From positions 1 through 50,485 of the IMG/VR virus record IMGVR_UViG_3300037467_001076: a stretch of DNA of 50,485 nt; one strand, written 5' to 3'. Positions 1 to 9,397 of the stretch are shown piece by piece; position 1 is the stretch's first letter, and each line of letters begins with the position of its first letter. The notes below the pieces were generated by a model. That model worked only from the letters and a program-made list of their open reading frames with translations, was not told the origin of the DNA and did not search any database. Source of the stretch: a virus. Lineage: Duplodnaviria; Caudoviricetes. The position numbers and the translations under genes are program-made.

Positions 1-11
1 CTATCGCAGAT
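1..11 (+). CDS. polA: 3' end of upstream exon of family A DNA polymerase (L-S-Q-I of motif A); gene starts before window
   Basis: CTA TCG CAG AT joined to A GAA CCG CGT GTG at 1074 restores LSQIEPRVIAH, matching Pol A motif A (DYSQIELR). Confidence 0.85.
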
Positions 12-1073
12 GAACTTACGTCTGCCCATGCGGTGACGTATGGAAAACAACCTGCTCAACTGCTGGAACGCCCTTAGAGCCGATGGCGCTACAACGTAGC
101 TGGAAACGGCAAGCGTGAACGCTCGAAAAGACATCGGATTGGGTAATCAGCATCCAAGCGCCTAACGGGTAACGCCTATGGCGAAGGTTCAACGACTACG
201 AGGCAGGCTCTTGGCGAGGCATCACCTGGTACTACATGCGAAAGGAGACAACCGACTGGGCGAGATATACCGTTGTGCCGTTTGCGGCAAGGAGATGCGC
301 GGGTTCGTTAACCCAACCCACGTTAAGACGCACGGCATGACCTGCGAGGAGTATCGACTACTCGATCCAGACGCCAAGTTCACGAAGATAACGGCGTGGA
401 ACAAGGGCCTGACGAAAGAGACGTCCGAGAGCATGATGAAGGCGAGTCGGAGTCACCAGACAGCCGAATACCGTGCGAGGTACGAAGCGTCGATGCTTGA
501 GGCGCATGGCGTTCGTCATCCCGCGCAGCATCCCGACATCATGGAACGCATCTTGGACGGCATGAAGCAGGCGAACCTTGAGCGATACGGCGTCGAGAAC
601 TACGGCCAAACCGAGGAGGGACGCCGGCAGACGGCTGAGATCGGTCGACGATCAGTAATGGCGTCGCAAGACCTTTATCGTCGCACAGGCTATCGCACCG
701 TCTACGAGCAGATGTTTCACGAAATGAACTCGCATCTCGTTTGTAACAAGGCGATTGGAACGGGCATAGGCGGCAAGAAGCGGTATGGCACGCCGAAGTT
801 CGTTCCTGATTTCATCGACGAGGAGCGCATGGTCATCTACGAGATTGACGGCTCGTGGCACGAACACGACGACAAGCAGGCGAAGGACGCGATCAAGACA
901 GCGTTCTACGAATCTCGTGGATATACAGTCGTGAGACTGACGAACGAAGAAGTCGCTGCCATGTACCAGGCGTGGCAGTCGGCATAACGCTTCATCTCGC
1001 CAAGATGAAGATATAGTCTAGGCCGACCGACAATCGTCGGTGTTCAAGTATCTCGAAAGAGACGGTATAACCG
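12..1073 (+). mobile_element. Group I self-splicing intron in polA
   Basis: P1: GCAGAU (6-11) pairs with GUCUGC (20-25), giving U.G at the 5' splice site. Core elements P (AACTGCTGGAA 58-68), Q (AATCAGCA 145-152), R (GTTCAACGACTA 187-198) and S (AAGATATAGTC 1008-1018) are present. P3 51-56/202-207; P8 210-218/996-1004 encloses the ORF; terminal G1073. Splicing restores the frame. Confidence 0.93.
256..987 (+). CDS. Intron-encoded homing endonuclease: C2H2 zinc finger, NUMOD-like linker, C-terminal EDxHD/DUF559 (Vsr-like) nuclease
   Basis: CAVC...HVKTH; AWNKGLTKET; PDF...EIDGSWH...D...RGYTVVR. The ORF-track ATG178 lies inside the ribozyme core, and SD AAAGGAG (241-247) points to CTG256. Confidence 0.8.
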   Translation: MGEIYRCAVCGKEMRGFVNPTHVKTHGMTCEEYRLLDPDAKFTKITAWNKGLTKETSESMMKASRSHQTAEYRARYEASMLEAHGVRHPAQHPDIMERILDGMKQANLERYGVENYGQTEEGRRQTAEIGRRSVMASQDLYRRTGYRTVYEQMFHEMNSHLVCNKAIGTGIGGKKRYGTPKFVPDFIDEERMVIYEIDGSWHEHDDKQAKDAIKTAFYESRGYTVVRLTNEEVAAMYQAWQSA

Positions 1074-1992
1074 AGAACCGCGTGTGATCGCTCACTATCT
1101 CTACACGGCCTACGGCGATAACTCGATGCGGCAGATTTACCTCGATGGCGTCGACCTCTACACGACGATGGCGATGCAGACGTTCAATCTGCCGTATGAA
1201 TCGTGTGTCGACAAGGCGATGGACCCGACCGGAACGTTCTCCCCTCGTCTTCTAATGAAGACTGGCGTGTTGGCGTACCTCTACGGCCAGTCGCCCAAGG
1301 CGTTCGCACGCAAGATGAACGTTACGGACGAAGTTGCCGAGAAGTTCTTCGCTGGCATGACGAGCGCGTTCCCAGGACTCGAACCGTTTCGTCGAGGCGT
1401 CCTTCAGGCGATGGCTACGAAGGGAAACATCGCTCACAGCGAGACGTTGTTCGGTCGGAAGCGTCGATTCCCGAAGTATCGCGATAACCGCGTTGAACTC
1501 CGCAGCCTTGAGGCAAACGCGCGATCGTTGAAGTCGGCGTTGTGGAGGCTGAAGCGACAGATCGATGAAGCGAAAACGGAGGCGGAAGTACGTCGAGCTG
1601 AACGCGAGTACGACGAGGTGAAGGCGAAGATCGACCGCATGTGGGAACTGCGCCGAGCCGTGTCTAGCGACGAGCGTCAGGCGATCAATGCCACGATTCA
1701 GGGCGGTGCGGCGGATATTCTGAAGCAGAACATCATCGCCTTGTTCGAGTTGTGCGAGAGTCGCGACTGGAAGTTCGTCGCGTCGATTCACGACGAAGCG
1801 ATGCTCGAAGTACCGATCGAGGACGTAACGCCTGAAGCGATTGCCGAGATTGAGCGCTGCATGACGAGGACCGTCGAGTTGTCAGTCCCGCTCAAGAGCG
1901 ATACCGTGATTCAGCCTCGTTGGGCCGACGAGTACAAGCCGAAGGATTGGTTCGCAAAATCGAAGGAGGACGATGATTCACATGTCGCATGA
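1074..1992 (+). CDS. polA: Family A DNA polymerase, downstream exon
   Basis: Motif B RLLMKTGVLAYLYG, TLFGRKRR, ERQAINATIQGGAAD, motif C SIHDE, VPLK. Confidence 0.95.
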
Positions 1993-2311
1993 GAACGCTG
2001 AGAAGTCGCAGATCCGTCCGAATGCTGCCGCCGCCGAGTCGATTGAAGCCGCTCGTGTCGCCTACACCGCATTTGCCGACGCCGCGAACAAGGCGATCGT
2101 CGCGCTAACCACGAGTGGCGAGAAGTCCGTCGAGGAAGTACGCCTCATGTCGATGCTTCAGGCGATCACGCAGAATTCGGGGATGATTCAGCTCTCGCTT
2201 CTGATCGCGGGTCTTACGCTCAAGCCGAAGGATGGCGACGAGACGACGACCGACGCGCCTGCGTGGAGTTCCGAAGGAACGAACGGTAAGACGACTGGCG
2301 GCGTGCAGTAA
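1973..2311 (+). CDS. Hypothetical protein
   Basis: SD AAGGAGG and tight coupling to pol; start may be ATG1982. Confidence 0.65.
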   Translation: MIHMSHENAEKSQIRPNAAAAESIEAARVAYTAFADAANKAIVALTTSGEKSVEEVRLMSMLQAITQNSGMIQLSLLIAGLTLKPKDGDETTTDAPAWSSEGTNGKTTGGVQ

Positions 2312-2327
2312 GCGAGGAAGATGCGTA

Positions 2328-2567
2328 ATGTCGACTAGACCGTCTCAGTGGCGAATCAGTCGCCTTGCGAAGAACGGCGTTCCGTTGACGCGTAACGGCA
2401 ATTGGGCGTCGAAGGTCGACGAGAACAACGAGCATCATCGACTTCAGATCGAGTTCCGCGATGCGCTTGCCGCGTGGATGCGCGAGAACGGCTACAGCGG
2501 CGAGATCATGACGCCGTGGCCGATTCCATCGCTCAAGGTCGATGCGCCAACGAAAGGAGTCGATTAG
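2328..2567 (+). CDS. Hypothetical protein
   Basis: GAGGA SD before ATG2328; fills the gap between neighbouring genes. Confidence 0.6.
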   Translation: MSTRPSQWRISRLAKNGVPLTRNGNWASKVDENNEHHRLQIEFRDALAAWMRENGYSGEIMTPWPIPSLKVDAPTKGVD

Positions 2568-3470
2568 TTGCCGAAACTCCCGATTCTAGACGACTCCGAC
2601 GCGCACGACGATAACTTCGACCCAAGCGCCTCCGACACGATCGCCTCGATGTGGAAGGCGCAGGTTGAAGCGTATGACGCACTTCCTCGCCGGCGCTACG
2701 TCAAGGCGAAGTATACGTTCAGTCCTTCGCGGGCTGACGCCTGCCTCCGCGAACTCTACTACGATATGTCAGGCGCTCCAAGCGACGATGAACCGCTTGT
2801 ACCGTGGCAGACTCGACGCGCCCGAAACGGCGACGCGTATCACCGCGAGACTGAGCGACATCATGCGAAGATGGCCGACGTCCTTCGCGCCGCTGGACTC
2901 GGCGATGCCGTCAACTACGAGGTCGTCGCGAACGAGGTCGTCGCTGAGAGTTCGTATCATGTCGTTCTCGGCGGTAAGAAGCGCAACGTGACGATTCGCG
3001 GCAAGACCGACGCGATCCTGCGATACGTCGGTGAGTCGATTCCAGGCGTTATCAGCCACGGCGAGTACGTCCTGCTCGATTACAAGTCGAAGGACAAGAT
3101 GAAGGGCGTTGATGGCGTTCGTCGTCGAGGCGTCCCGTCATACACGACCGCGCAGATGACCGCCTACTCGCTGCTGACGTTCAAACTCGACGACGGCACG
3201 ATCGTCGAAAAGCCTCGGCGGTGCATCGTTCACTACGAGTCCTTCGCCAAGCCCGAAAAGACCGACGAGTCGAAGGACGTTCACGTCGTCGTCGTCGAGT
3301 CGTCGGAGAGCGATGGACATGCGATCGTGCGGCGATTCGCGAAGATCGTCGAGGCTGTCGAGGAAGGGACGATTCCGGTCGCAGAACTTGACAAGTGCAT
3401 GTTCTGCGCGTTCAAGCGTCAGTGTGCGAAGGACGGCGGTTATCGCTTTGAGGCGAAGGAGGGCGAGTAA
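2568..3470 (+). CDS. Cas4-like PD-(D/E)XK exonuclease with 4-Cys (Fe-S) staple
   Basis: SPS..DAC.RELYY, GKTDAIL, LLDYKSK, QMTAY, C-terminal CMFCAFKRQC. Confidence 0.8.
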   Translation: MPKLPILDDSDAHDDNFDPSASDTIASMWKAQVEAYDALPRRRYVKAKYTFSPSRADACLRELYYDMSGAPSDDEPLVPWQTRRARNGDAYHRETERHHAKMADVLRAAGLGDAVNYEVVANEVVAESSYHVVLGGKKRNVTIRGKTDAILRYVGESIPGVISHGEYVLLDYKSKDKMKGVDGVRRRGVPSYTTAQMTAYSLLTFKLDDGTIVEKPRRCIVHYESFAKPEKTDESKDVHVVVVESSESDGHAIVRRFAKIVEAVEEGTIPVAELDKCMFCAFKRQCAKDGGYRFEAKEGE

Positions 3471-3760
3471 TGTCGAAAGAGTTTACCGCAAAGGTCGTCG
3501 GTGATCGTATCGTTATCGAGTTGCCGATTGAGACGTTGGTAATCGCGTGTGAGGAGAAGCCCGACGCTGGATACGTGGTTCACGACAAGGCGAGGTTCGC
3601 GCAGTTCATCGCAGACCACTTGCTGACGTTCGACACGGAATCGCACTCGGACGATGGGCTGACGAACTTCCAGCGCATGACTGACGAGTTGTTCGACGAG
3701 ATGTACATTCTCGGCGATGCAGGCATACATGACAAAGCCGACGAGGACGACGGCGAGTGA
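3470..3760 (+). CDS. Hypothetical acidic protein
   Basis: SD AAGGAGG; TAATG overlap with the upstream stop. Confidence 0.7.
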   Translation: MSKEFTAKVVGDRIVIELPIETLVIACEEKPDAGYVVHDKARFAQFIADHLLTFDTESHSDDGLTNFQRMTDELFDEMYILGDAGIHDKADEDDGE

Positions 3761-3924
3761 TGCCAATCGACATCGTCGCCCTGCGCGAGAAGTTGACGAA
3801 GATGGCCGAGCGATTGGAGAAGTCGTGGGATTTCGGTTGGGACGAGGACCGTTGGGCGGAATTGACCGCTGTTGTCGCCGAACTACGCGAACTCGAAGCG
3901 ACGTTGGCGAAGGAGGAGTCATAG
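3760..3924 (+). CDS. Small hypothetical protein (54 aa, MPIDIVALREKL...)
   Basis: Below the ORF-track cutoff; TGATG overlap and phage-like codon usage. Confidence 0.55.
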   Translation: MPIDIVALREKLTKMAERLEKSWDFGWDEDRWAELTAVVAELRELEATLAKEES

Positions 3925-3927
3925 GCT

Positions 3928-4947
3928 ACGGCTACAGACGAGCGCTGCGCGTACATCTACGCCTTGTACGAGCCTGATTTTAGCGAGGTTCGGTACGTGG
4001 GGAAGACGACGAACATGAGCCGCAGACTCTCGAACCACCTTGCCCCGTCGTCGCTTGCGAGAAAGACGCATCGAGCGAACTGGATTAAGTCCGTTTTGGC
4101 TCGCGGTGAAGCGATCAAGATGGTCGAAATCGAATGTGTGCCGCCCGAAGGCGATTGGGTCGAGCGCGAGCGTTACTGGATCGCTTACTACCGTTCAATC
4201 GGTCATCGACTCACGAATCATACGGACGGAGGCGAGGGCGTTCCTGGCATCGCTATGTCGCCTGAGACTCGTGAGAAAATCGGTCGTTCTCATCGTGGTC
4301 GGGTCCACTCGCCTGAAATTCGTCGACGGATGAGCGAGTCAAGACGTGGGAAGCGCCATACCGACGAGGCAAAGTCGAAAGTGAGCGCGTTTCAGAAGTG
4401 GTTCGGGAATTTACCCGAGGAACGAGAACGCAGAACTCAGCGAGGGCGCAATCGAGTGGTGTCCAAAGAGACCTGCCGACGAATAAGCGAAGCAAAGACG
4501 GGCTATCGATTCTCGCCTGAAGCAAAGTCGAAGATGAGCGAGTCTGCCAAGCGTCGTCATGAGCGAGAACGACAGCAACGAATCGAAAGCGAAGGGGCGG
4601 AGTCTATAGTTACAAATTATGACAGAGGGAAGGCCGCGGAGAAACGAATCCGCGCCAAACTCGAATCACTCGGCTACTACTGCGTCGAATCGCGCGGCTC
4701 GCATGGCGCAATCGACGTCGTCGGTATCGGCAACAATCGCCTGGTCCTCGTGCAGTCGAAGCGAACGAAGCGACCGACGATCACGCCGGCGATGTATCGC
4801 GAGGACATCGACAAGCTGCGTGAGCTGATCGCCAAGTATGCGCTTCCGCCCGATACGAGCGTCGAGTTGTGGGTGTGGCGTGATCGAATCGGTTTCAGTC
4901 GCTATGTGATCGAGGGCGACGAGTTGGTCGAGAAGGAGGCGATGTGA
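3928..4947 (+). CDS. GIY-YIG endonuclease with NUMOD3 repeats fused to an Hjc-type Holliday junction resolvase-like domain
   Basis: YIYAL...[23 protein letters not shown], repeated [19 protein letters not shown]; C-terminal [31 protein letters not shown]. Start uncertain because the GIY motif lies upstream of TTG3964. Confidence 0.78.
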   Translation, partial: TATDERCAYIYALYEPDFSEVRYVGKTTNMSRRLSNHLAPSSLARKTHRANWIKSVLARGEAIKMVEIECVPPEGDWVERERYWIAYYRSIGHRLTNHTDGGEGVPGIAMSPETREKIGRSHRGRVHSPEIRRRMSESRRGKRHTDEAKSKVSAFQKWFGNLPEERERRTQRGRNRVVSKETCRRISEAKTGYRFSPEAKSKMSESAKRRHERERQQRIESEGAESIVTNYDRGKAAEKRIRAKLESLGYYCVESRGSHGAIDVVGIGNNRLVLVQSKRTKRPTITPAMYREDIDKLRELIAKYALPPDTSVELWVWRDRIGFSRYVIEGDELVEKEAM

Positions 4948-5159
4948 TGACGAAGGTCCTTATCAAGAGTCTTGGCGAGGTGGACGACTTCGGCGACGGT
5001 TCCGAGGAGACCGAGGTCTATGTTGACGGCGAACTGATCGGTCGTGGCTCGTATGGCGGCGAGCCAGAGGACAACTATCGCTTCCGCGATTATGCGTGGG
5101 TCGAAGACCTGATCGCGAAGCTGGCAAAGAGACTCGGTGCCGACGTGACGATCGAGTAA
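4947..5159 (+). CDS. Hypothetical protein
   Basis: SD AAGGAGG; overlap with upstream stop. Confidence 0.65.
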   Translation: MTKVLIKSLGEVDDFGDGSEETEVYVDGELIGRGSYGGEPEDNYRFRDYAWVEDLIAKLAKRLGADVTIE

Positions 5160-5168
5160 TCGACATGA

Positions 5169-5237
5169 CGACCCAAAACGCCTCCTGTGCGACTACGTGT
5201 AGGTGAACCACCGAACGGCAGTAACGTGCAGGAGGCG
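5169..5237 (+). promoter_or_regulatory. Putative phage-specific promoter inside an SD-sequestering hairpin
   Basis: CGACCC-N14-GCGACTACGT; CGCCTCCTG (5179-5187) pairs with CAGGAGGCG (5229-5237). Confidence 0.6.
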
Positions 5238-5242
5238 ATCCT

Positions 5243-5701
5243 ATCGACGAAAGGATGCGATCATCCACGGATACGAACCGCAAAGGCGCTCTATCAGAAA
5301 TGACAGTTGAGATCGACTTGGTTCAGCGAGGATTCGTCGTCGGTCGTCCGTTCCCGATCACCGTCTACGACCTCCTGGTCGACGATGGATCGACGGTCGA
5401 CGTTGACGGCGTGAAGTATGCGCTCCTGAAGCGCGTACAGACGAAGACGGCTCGCGTAGAGTCGCGTACCATCGACCCAACGATGAAGGTGTCGCTTGAT
5501 CCGCCGTACGCGAAAGGCGACTACGACGTTCTGGCGATTGTGCGACCGGAGACGTCAGAGACGTTCTACATCGCCAGCGACGAGTTGAGCGATGGACAGA
5601 CGTCCGTGACGCTCAAGTGGATTGAGGCGACTGTGAGCGACGGGACGTATTGGGTCGAGAAGTATCGAGATTGGCCGATGAATACGAAGGGAGACGATTG
5701 A
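5243..5701 (+). CDS. PD-(D/E)XK endonuclease, PDDEXK_5 / I-Ssp6803I-like
   Basis: KGALSE...RGFVV..P....YDLLVD...KRVQTKT. SD AGGAGG points to ATC5243; alternative ATG5255. Confidence 0.7.
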   Translation: MDERMRSSTDTNRKGALSEMTVEIDLVQRGFVVGRPFPITVYDLLVDDGSTVDVDGVKYALLKRVQTKTARVESRTIDPTMKVSLDPPYAKGDYDVLAIVRPETSETFYIASDELSDGQTSVTLKWIEATVSDGTYWVEKYRDWPMNTKGDD

Positions 5702-5702
5702 A

Positions 5703-5978
5703 ATGCTAAAGGTCGTCGTGAAGACGCAGGAACCGAAGGATGCGCCGCATGTCGAGCCGGTCGTTCCGGGCGTTTACCTCAACACGAAGGAGAACGAGTA
5801 CCGACTGCTCGTACGAATCGACGATCGCCTACAGTCGATCATGCTCCGCAACGGCGCTCTCTATGACGGGCATAACGCGCTTGGCGATGAGGCGTACATT
5901 CGCTGTGCGATCGCCGATGGCTGGTACGTCCTCGTCGAGAACGCGGAACTGCACATAACGCCGAAGGAGGGCGCTTAG
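5703..5978 (+). CDS. Hypothetical protein, tandem paralogue 1
   Basis: SD present; shares PG.VY...L.NG...NA.L.I pattern with the next two ORFs. Confidence 0.7.
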   Translation: MLKVVVKTQEPKDAPHVEPVVPGVYLNTKENEYRLLVRIDDRLQSIMLRNGALYDGHNALGDEAYIRCAIADGWYVLVENAELHITPKEGA

Positions 5979-5981
5979 TCG

Positions 5982-6266
5982 ATGAACATCGTTGACCAGC
6001 GCACCGAGGCGAAGAAGGAGCGCGTACCCGTCGTACCAGGCGGTGTCTACGTTCAGGGCGAGAGTGCGATGCTGCTCGTGACCGAATCGAAGAGAGTCGG
6101 AATGTGCGACTACATCGACCTTCTCTACTTCGTCTCGCTGACCAACGGTGAGCGACTCACGGATTCGTACTCCAGCGTCGGCATCGACAACGTGATTCTC
6201 AACACGCCTGACTCAAATATCACGTACATTCCCGACGCAACGTTGGTCTTGAAGGGAGCGCGATAG
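5982..6266 (+). CDS. Hypothetical protein, tandem paralogue 2
   Basis: SD; PVVPGGVY...SLTNGE...YIPDATLVL. Confidence 0.7.
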   Translation: MNIVDQRTEAKKERVPVVPGGVYVQGESAMLLVTESKRVGMCDYIDLLYFVSLTNGERLTDSYSSVGIDNVILNTPDSNITYIPDATLVLKGAR

Positions 6267-6270
6267 CACG

Positions 6271-6528
6271 ATGAAGATCGAGGTCATTCGCAAGGAGTCG
6301 AAGCCGGTCGATGTCGAGTTGCACGTAGGCGGGGTTTATCGTCAGACGCTCGGCGACAATACGTTCCATTACGTTCTCACGAAGGCGAGCGACGGCTATC
6401 GCCTCGTTTGCCTCAACGACGGCGAGACGGACGAGGAGGCTTCGACCGAGGACGAGATTAAGTCCACGATCAAGACGTGCGACCTCGTCTACGTCCCGAA
6501 CGCACGACTGGTCATCGACGAGGGGTAG
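6271..6528 (+). CDS. Hypothetical protein, tandem paralogue 3
   Basis: SD; VGGVY...CLNDGE...YVPNARLVI. Confidence 0.7.
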   Translation: MKIEVIRKESKPVDVELHVGGVYRQTLGDNTFHYVLTKASDGYRLVCLNDGETDEEASTEDEIKSTIKTCDLVYVPNARLVIDEG

Positions 6529-6573
6529 GCGCTTAGGCGTCACTCCTCGATTCCATATCGAAAGGGGTATCGG

Positions 6574-8955
6574 ATGGACTCGACTCACATCGCACGAACC
6601 GTTCTGGAGAAGCGCTATCTACGACTCAAGCCCGATGGAACGAAGGAGACGCCGAACGAGATGATCGATCGAGTAGCGACGACGATCGCTTCTGTCGATA
6701 AGGCGTATGGCGCGACTGATGACGAGGTCGAACGACTCGGCGACGCCTTCTATCGCATGATCGACGACCAGGACTTCATGCCGAACTCGCCGACGTTCAC
6801 AGGCGCAGGAACGCCGCTCGGCCAGATGAGCGCCTGCTTCGTTCTTCCCGTCGATGATTCGCTTGCCGACATCTACGAGACGATGAAGCGTGCTGCGCTG
6901 ATCCACCAAACGGGCGGCGGGACGGGATTCGCGTTCTCTCGCCTACGTCACGACGGCGCATCGGTTCGATCGTCGGGAGGCGTTGCAAGCGGTCCTGTGT
7001 CGTTCCTCAAGGTCTACAACGCATCGACCGAGGCGATCAAGCAAGGCGGCACGCGTCGAGGCGCGAACATGGGAATGCTTCGAGTCGATCATCCCGACAT
7101 TCTCGACTTCATCCACGTCAAGGACGATCTATCGCAGGTTACGAACTTCAACATCTCGGTCGCGATCACCGACGAGTTCATGCGAGCGGTCGAGGAGAAG
7201 CGTTCGTACGACCTCGTGAATCCGAAGGATGGCGCGGTCGTCGGTCAACTCGACGCGAACGACGTCTGGACGCAGCTCATCGAGTCGGCGTGGAAGACCG
7301 GCGAACCAGGCGTGATCTTCATCGATCGCGTGAATCGTCGTCATCCGAACAACCACGTTGAGACGATCGAGGCGACGAACCCTTGCGGTGAGCAACCGTT
7401 GCCTCCGTACGGTTCCTGCACGCTTGGATCGATCAATCTCGCTCGTTTCGTCCTAAACCCGTACACGCCTCACGCACACGTCGATTGGTCACGCCTCGCG
7501 AAGATCACGCACCTTGCCACGCACTTCCTTGACAACGTCCTCGACGCGAATACGTACCCGATCGATGAACTGCGTCAGAAGGCGATGGCCGACCGTCGCA
7601 TCGGACTCGGCATCATGGGATGGGCGGAGATGCTCGTTCAGCTCGGTCTAGCGTACGACAGCGACGAAGGATGCGCGAAGGCTCGTCAGGTCATGTCGTT
7701 CCTTAAGCAGGAGAGCGTGACCGAATCGTCTCGTCTCGCCTTGGAGCGCGGCGTCTACCCCGAATGGTACGGCTCGGCGTGGGAGGCGGCAGGCGTCAAG
7801 GTTCGCAACGCAACGCTGACCACGATCGCACCGACTGGCACGATTTCGATCCTCGCCGCGACGCCGACGATGCCCGTTTCGGGCGGTTGCGAGCCGAAGT
7901 TCGCCCTCGCGTTTACTCGCAATCAGGCGGGTGAGACGATGATCGACGTTGACGGTCAGTTCGCTTCGATCGCCAAGAACGAAGGCTGGTATTCCGATGC
8001 GCTAATGGAGCGCATCGCAGCGAGCGGTTCGTGCCGTGGCGTTGAGGGCGTTCCTGAGCGTTGGCAGCGCGTCTTCGTCGTCGCCAACGAGATTTCGCCT
8101 GAAGCGCACGTAGCGATGCAGGTCGCGTTCCAGGGCGAGGACGACCTCGACGTGATCGACGCACCGATCGACTCCGCCGTGTCGAAGACCGTCAACTTCC
8201 CGAACCATGCGACGATCGACGATGTGCGCACCGTCTACGAGATGGCGTGGACGCACGGCTTGAAGGGCATCGCCGTCTATCGCGATGGTTCACGCTTCGG
8301 GCAAGTGTTGAGCGTGGGCACGACGACTGAGGCGAAGAAGGACGACGACGCGACGATCACCGTCGAGACGATTGTCAAGGCGATTACCAGCGGCGAGACG
8401 CCCGAAGGCGCATACGTACACACGATCACGCTCGATGGTCCTTCGTTCACCAAGCGCCCGTCGCGCGTCTACGGCTTCACCGACAAGATCCACGTCACGA
8501 TCGGCGAGAAGACGACGAAGGCGTATGTGACGATCAACATCGACGAGAACGGACAGCCCTTCGAGGTCTTCGTCAACGCGAACGACGCGACGATCGCTGA
8601 CACGGCTCAGGCGCTCGGTCGAATGGCTACGCAGATGCTTCGCTACGGCGGGACGAGCGATAACGTCGCTCAAGTCGTCGATCATCTTCGTCGCGGTCAG
8701 TCGTCGATGTTCTCGCTGCCGTCGCAGGTTGCGAAGATGATCGATGAGGTCGCGTACAAGGGCGTGAAGTTTCCCGGTAAAGAACGAGTCATCCAGCGAC
8801 CGCCCGTCGAAGGGACGATTCCTCTCGCAGAGATCGAACGCGTCGTCGGCGAAGTGCGTAAGTCGCGCCTGGTCGAGTGTAGCGAGTGCGGCCAGAAGGC
8901 GTTCGACAAGGCGTCATGCGTCTGCCGCGAGTGTGGCGCGTCGAAGTGTTCGTAA
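6574..8955 (+). CDS. nrdJ: Class II (B12-dependent) ribonucleotide reductase with C-terminal TSCPD/zinc ribbon
   Basis: [53 protein letters not shown], terminal CxxC..CxCxxC..SKC; no adjacent beta subunit. Confidence 0.92.
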   Translation: MDSTHIARTVLEKRYLRLKPDGTKETPNEMIDRVATTIASVDKAYGATDDEVERLGDAFYRMIDDQDFMPNSPTFTGAGTPLGQMSACFVLPVDDSLADIYETMKRAALIHQTGGGTGFAFSRLRHDGASVRSSGGVASGPVSFLKVYNASTEAIKQGGTRRGANMGMLRVDHPDILDFIHVKDDLSQVTNFNISVAITDEFMRAVEEKRSYDLVNPKDGAVVGQLDANDVWTQLIESAWKTGEPGVIFIDRVNRRHPNNHVETIEATNPCGEQPLPPYGSCTLGSINLARFVLNPYTPHAHVDWSRLAKITHLATHFLDNVLDANTYPIDELRQKAMADRRIGLGIMGWAEMLVQLGLAYDSDEGCAKARQVMSFLKQESVTESSRLALERGVYPEWYGSAWEAAGVKVRNATLTTIAPTGTISILAATPTMPVSGGCEPKFALAFTRNQAGETMIDVDGQFASIAKNEGWYSDALMERIAASGSCRGVEGVPERWQRVFVVANEISPEAHVAMQVAFQGEDDLDVIDAPIDSAVSKTVNFPNHATIDDVRTVYEMAWTHGLKGIAVYRDGSRFGQVLSVGTTTEAKKDDDATITVETIVKAITSGETPEGAYVHTITLDGPSFTKRPSRVYGFTDKIHVTIGEKTTKAYVTINIDENGQPFEVFVNANDATIADTAQALGRMATQMLRYGGTSDNVAQVVDHLRRGQSSMFSLPSQVAKMIDEVAYKGVKFPGKERVIQRPPVEGTIPLAEIERVVGEVRKSRLVECSECGQKAFDKASCVCRECGASKCS

Positions 8956-8971
8956 CAAACGAAGGGAGACG

Positions 8972-9157
8972 ATGGAAGCGATGAACGAGAAGTCGCAGAG
9001 CGAGAAGGTCGCGGAGTTGGTTGAGTCGATTAAGGTGGCATTTCCCGATGCCGTACGCGTTCAAGTCGATGTGAGCGGCGAGGGATACTCGGTTGAGCCG
9101 ACCTATGCGAAGACCGAGTTCAATTCGATCAGGACGCTTTCAGGCGAACTCGCATAA
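8972..9157 (+). CDS. Hypothetical protein
   Basis: SD AAGGGAG before ATG8972/8981. Confidence 0.6.
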   Translation: MEAMNEKSQSEKVAELVESIKVAFPDAVRVQVDVSGEGYSVEPTYAKTEFNSIRTLSGELA

Positions 9158-9176
9158 GCGAAAGGAGGAGCGACGG

Positions 9177-9383
9177 TTGACGAAGATTTGGTACGTCATC
9201 GCTGGAAGCGTACCTCTGAACGCTCATGTCGAGGACTTCGATCAGACGATGCGCGACTGGCGGCGAGGTATGAACCTCACGATGTTCCGACAGACATACG
9301 ACGAGTCGGCGAAGGAGTATCGCCTTGTCGAGTTCGAGGCACGCGGAATGCCGGTCGTCGCGATCGGGCGCGAACTGTTCTAA
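9177..9383 (+). CDS. Hypothetical protein
   Basis: SD AAAGGAGG before TTG9177. Confidence 0.6.
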   Translation: MTKIWYVIAGSVPLNAHVEDFDQTMRDWRRGMNLTMFRQTYDESAKEYRLVEFEARGMPVVAIGRELF

Positions 9384-9397
9384 GGGAGGCGTTTCAT

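Noticed and set aside
178-255. ORF-track ATG178 start for the intron endonuclease
   Set aside because: It lies within the ribozyme core upstream of R/P7 and lacks an SD; the SD at 241-247 supports a later start.
3922-3924. Genome-wide TAG recoding suggested by the in-frame TAG before the GIY-YIG gene
   Set aside because: TAG terminates many clear genes (e.g. ends at 5978, 6266, 6528, 10180), and long conserved genes have no internal TAG.
6574-8955. Intein or intron in nrdJ (terL also checked)
   Set aside because: Lengths and motif spacing are normal; no C...HN splice motifs or intron cores were seen.
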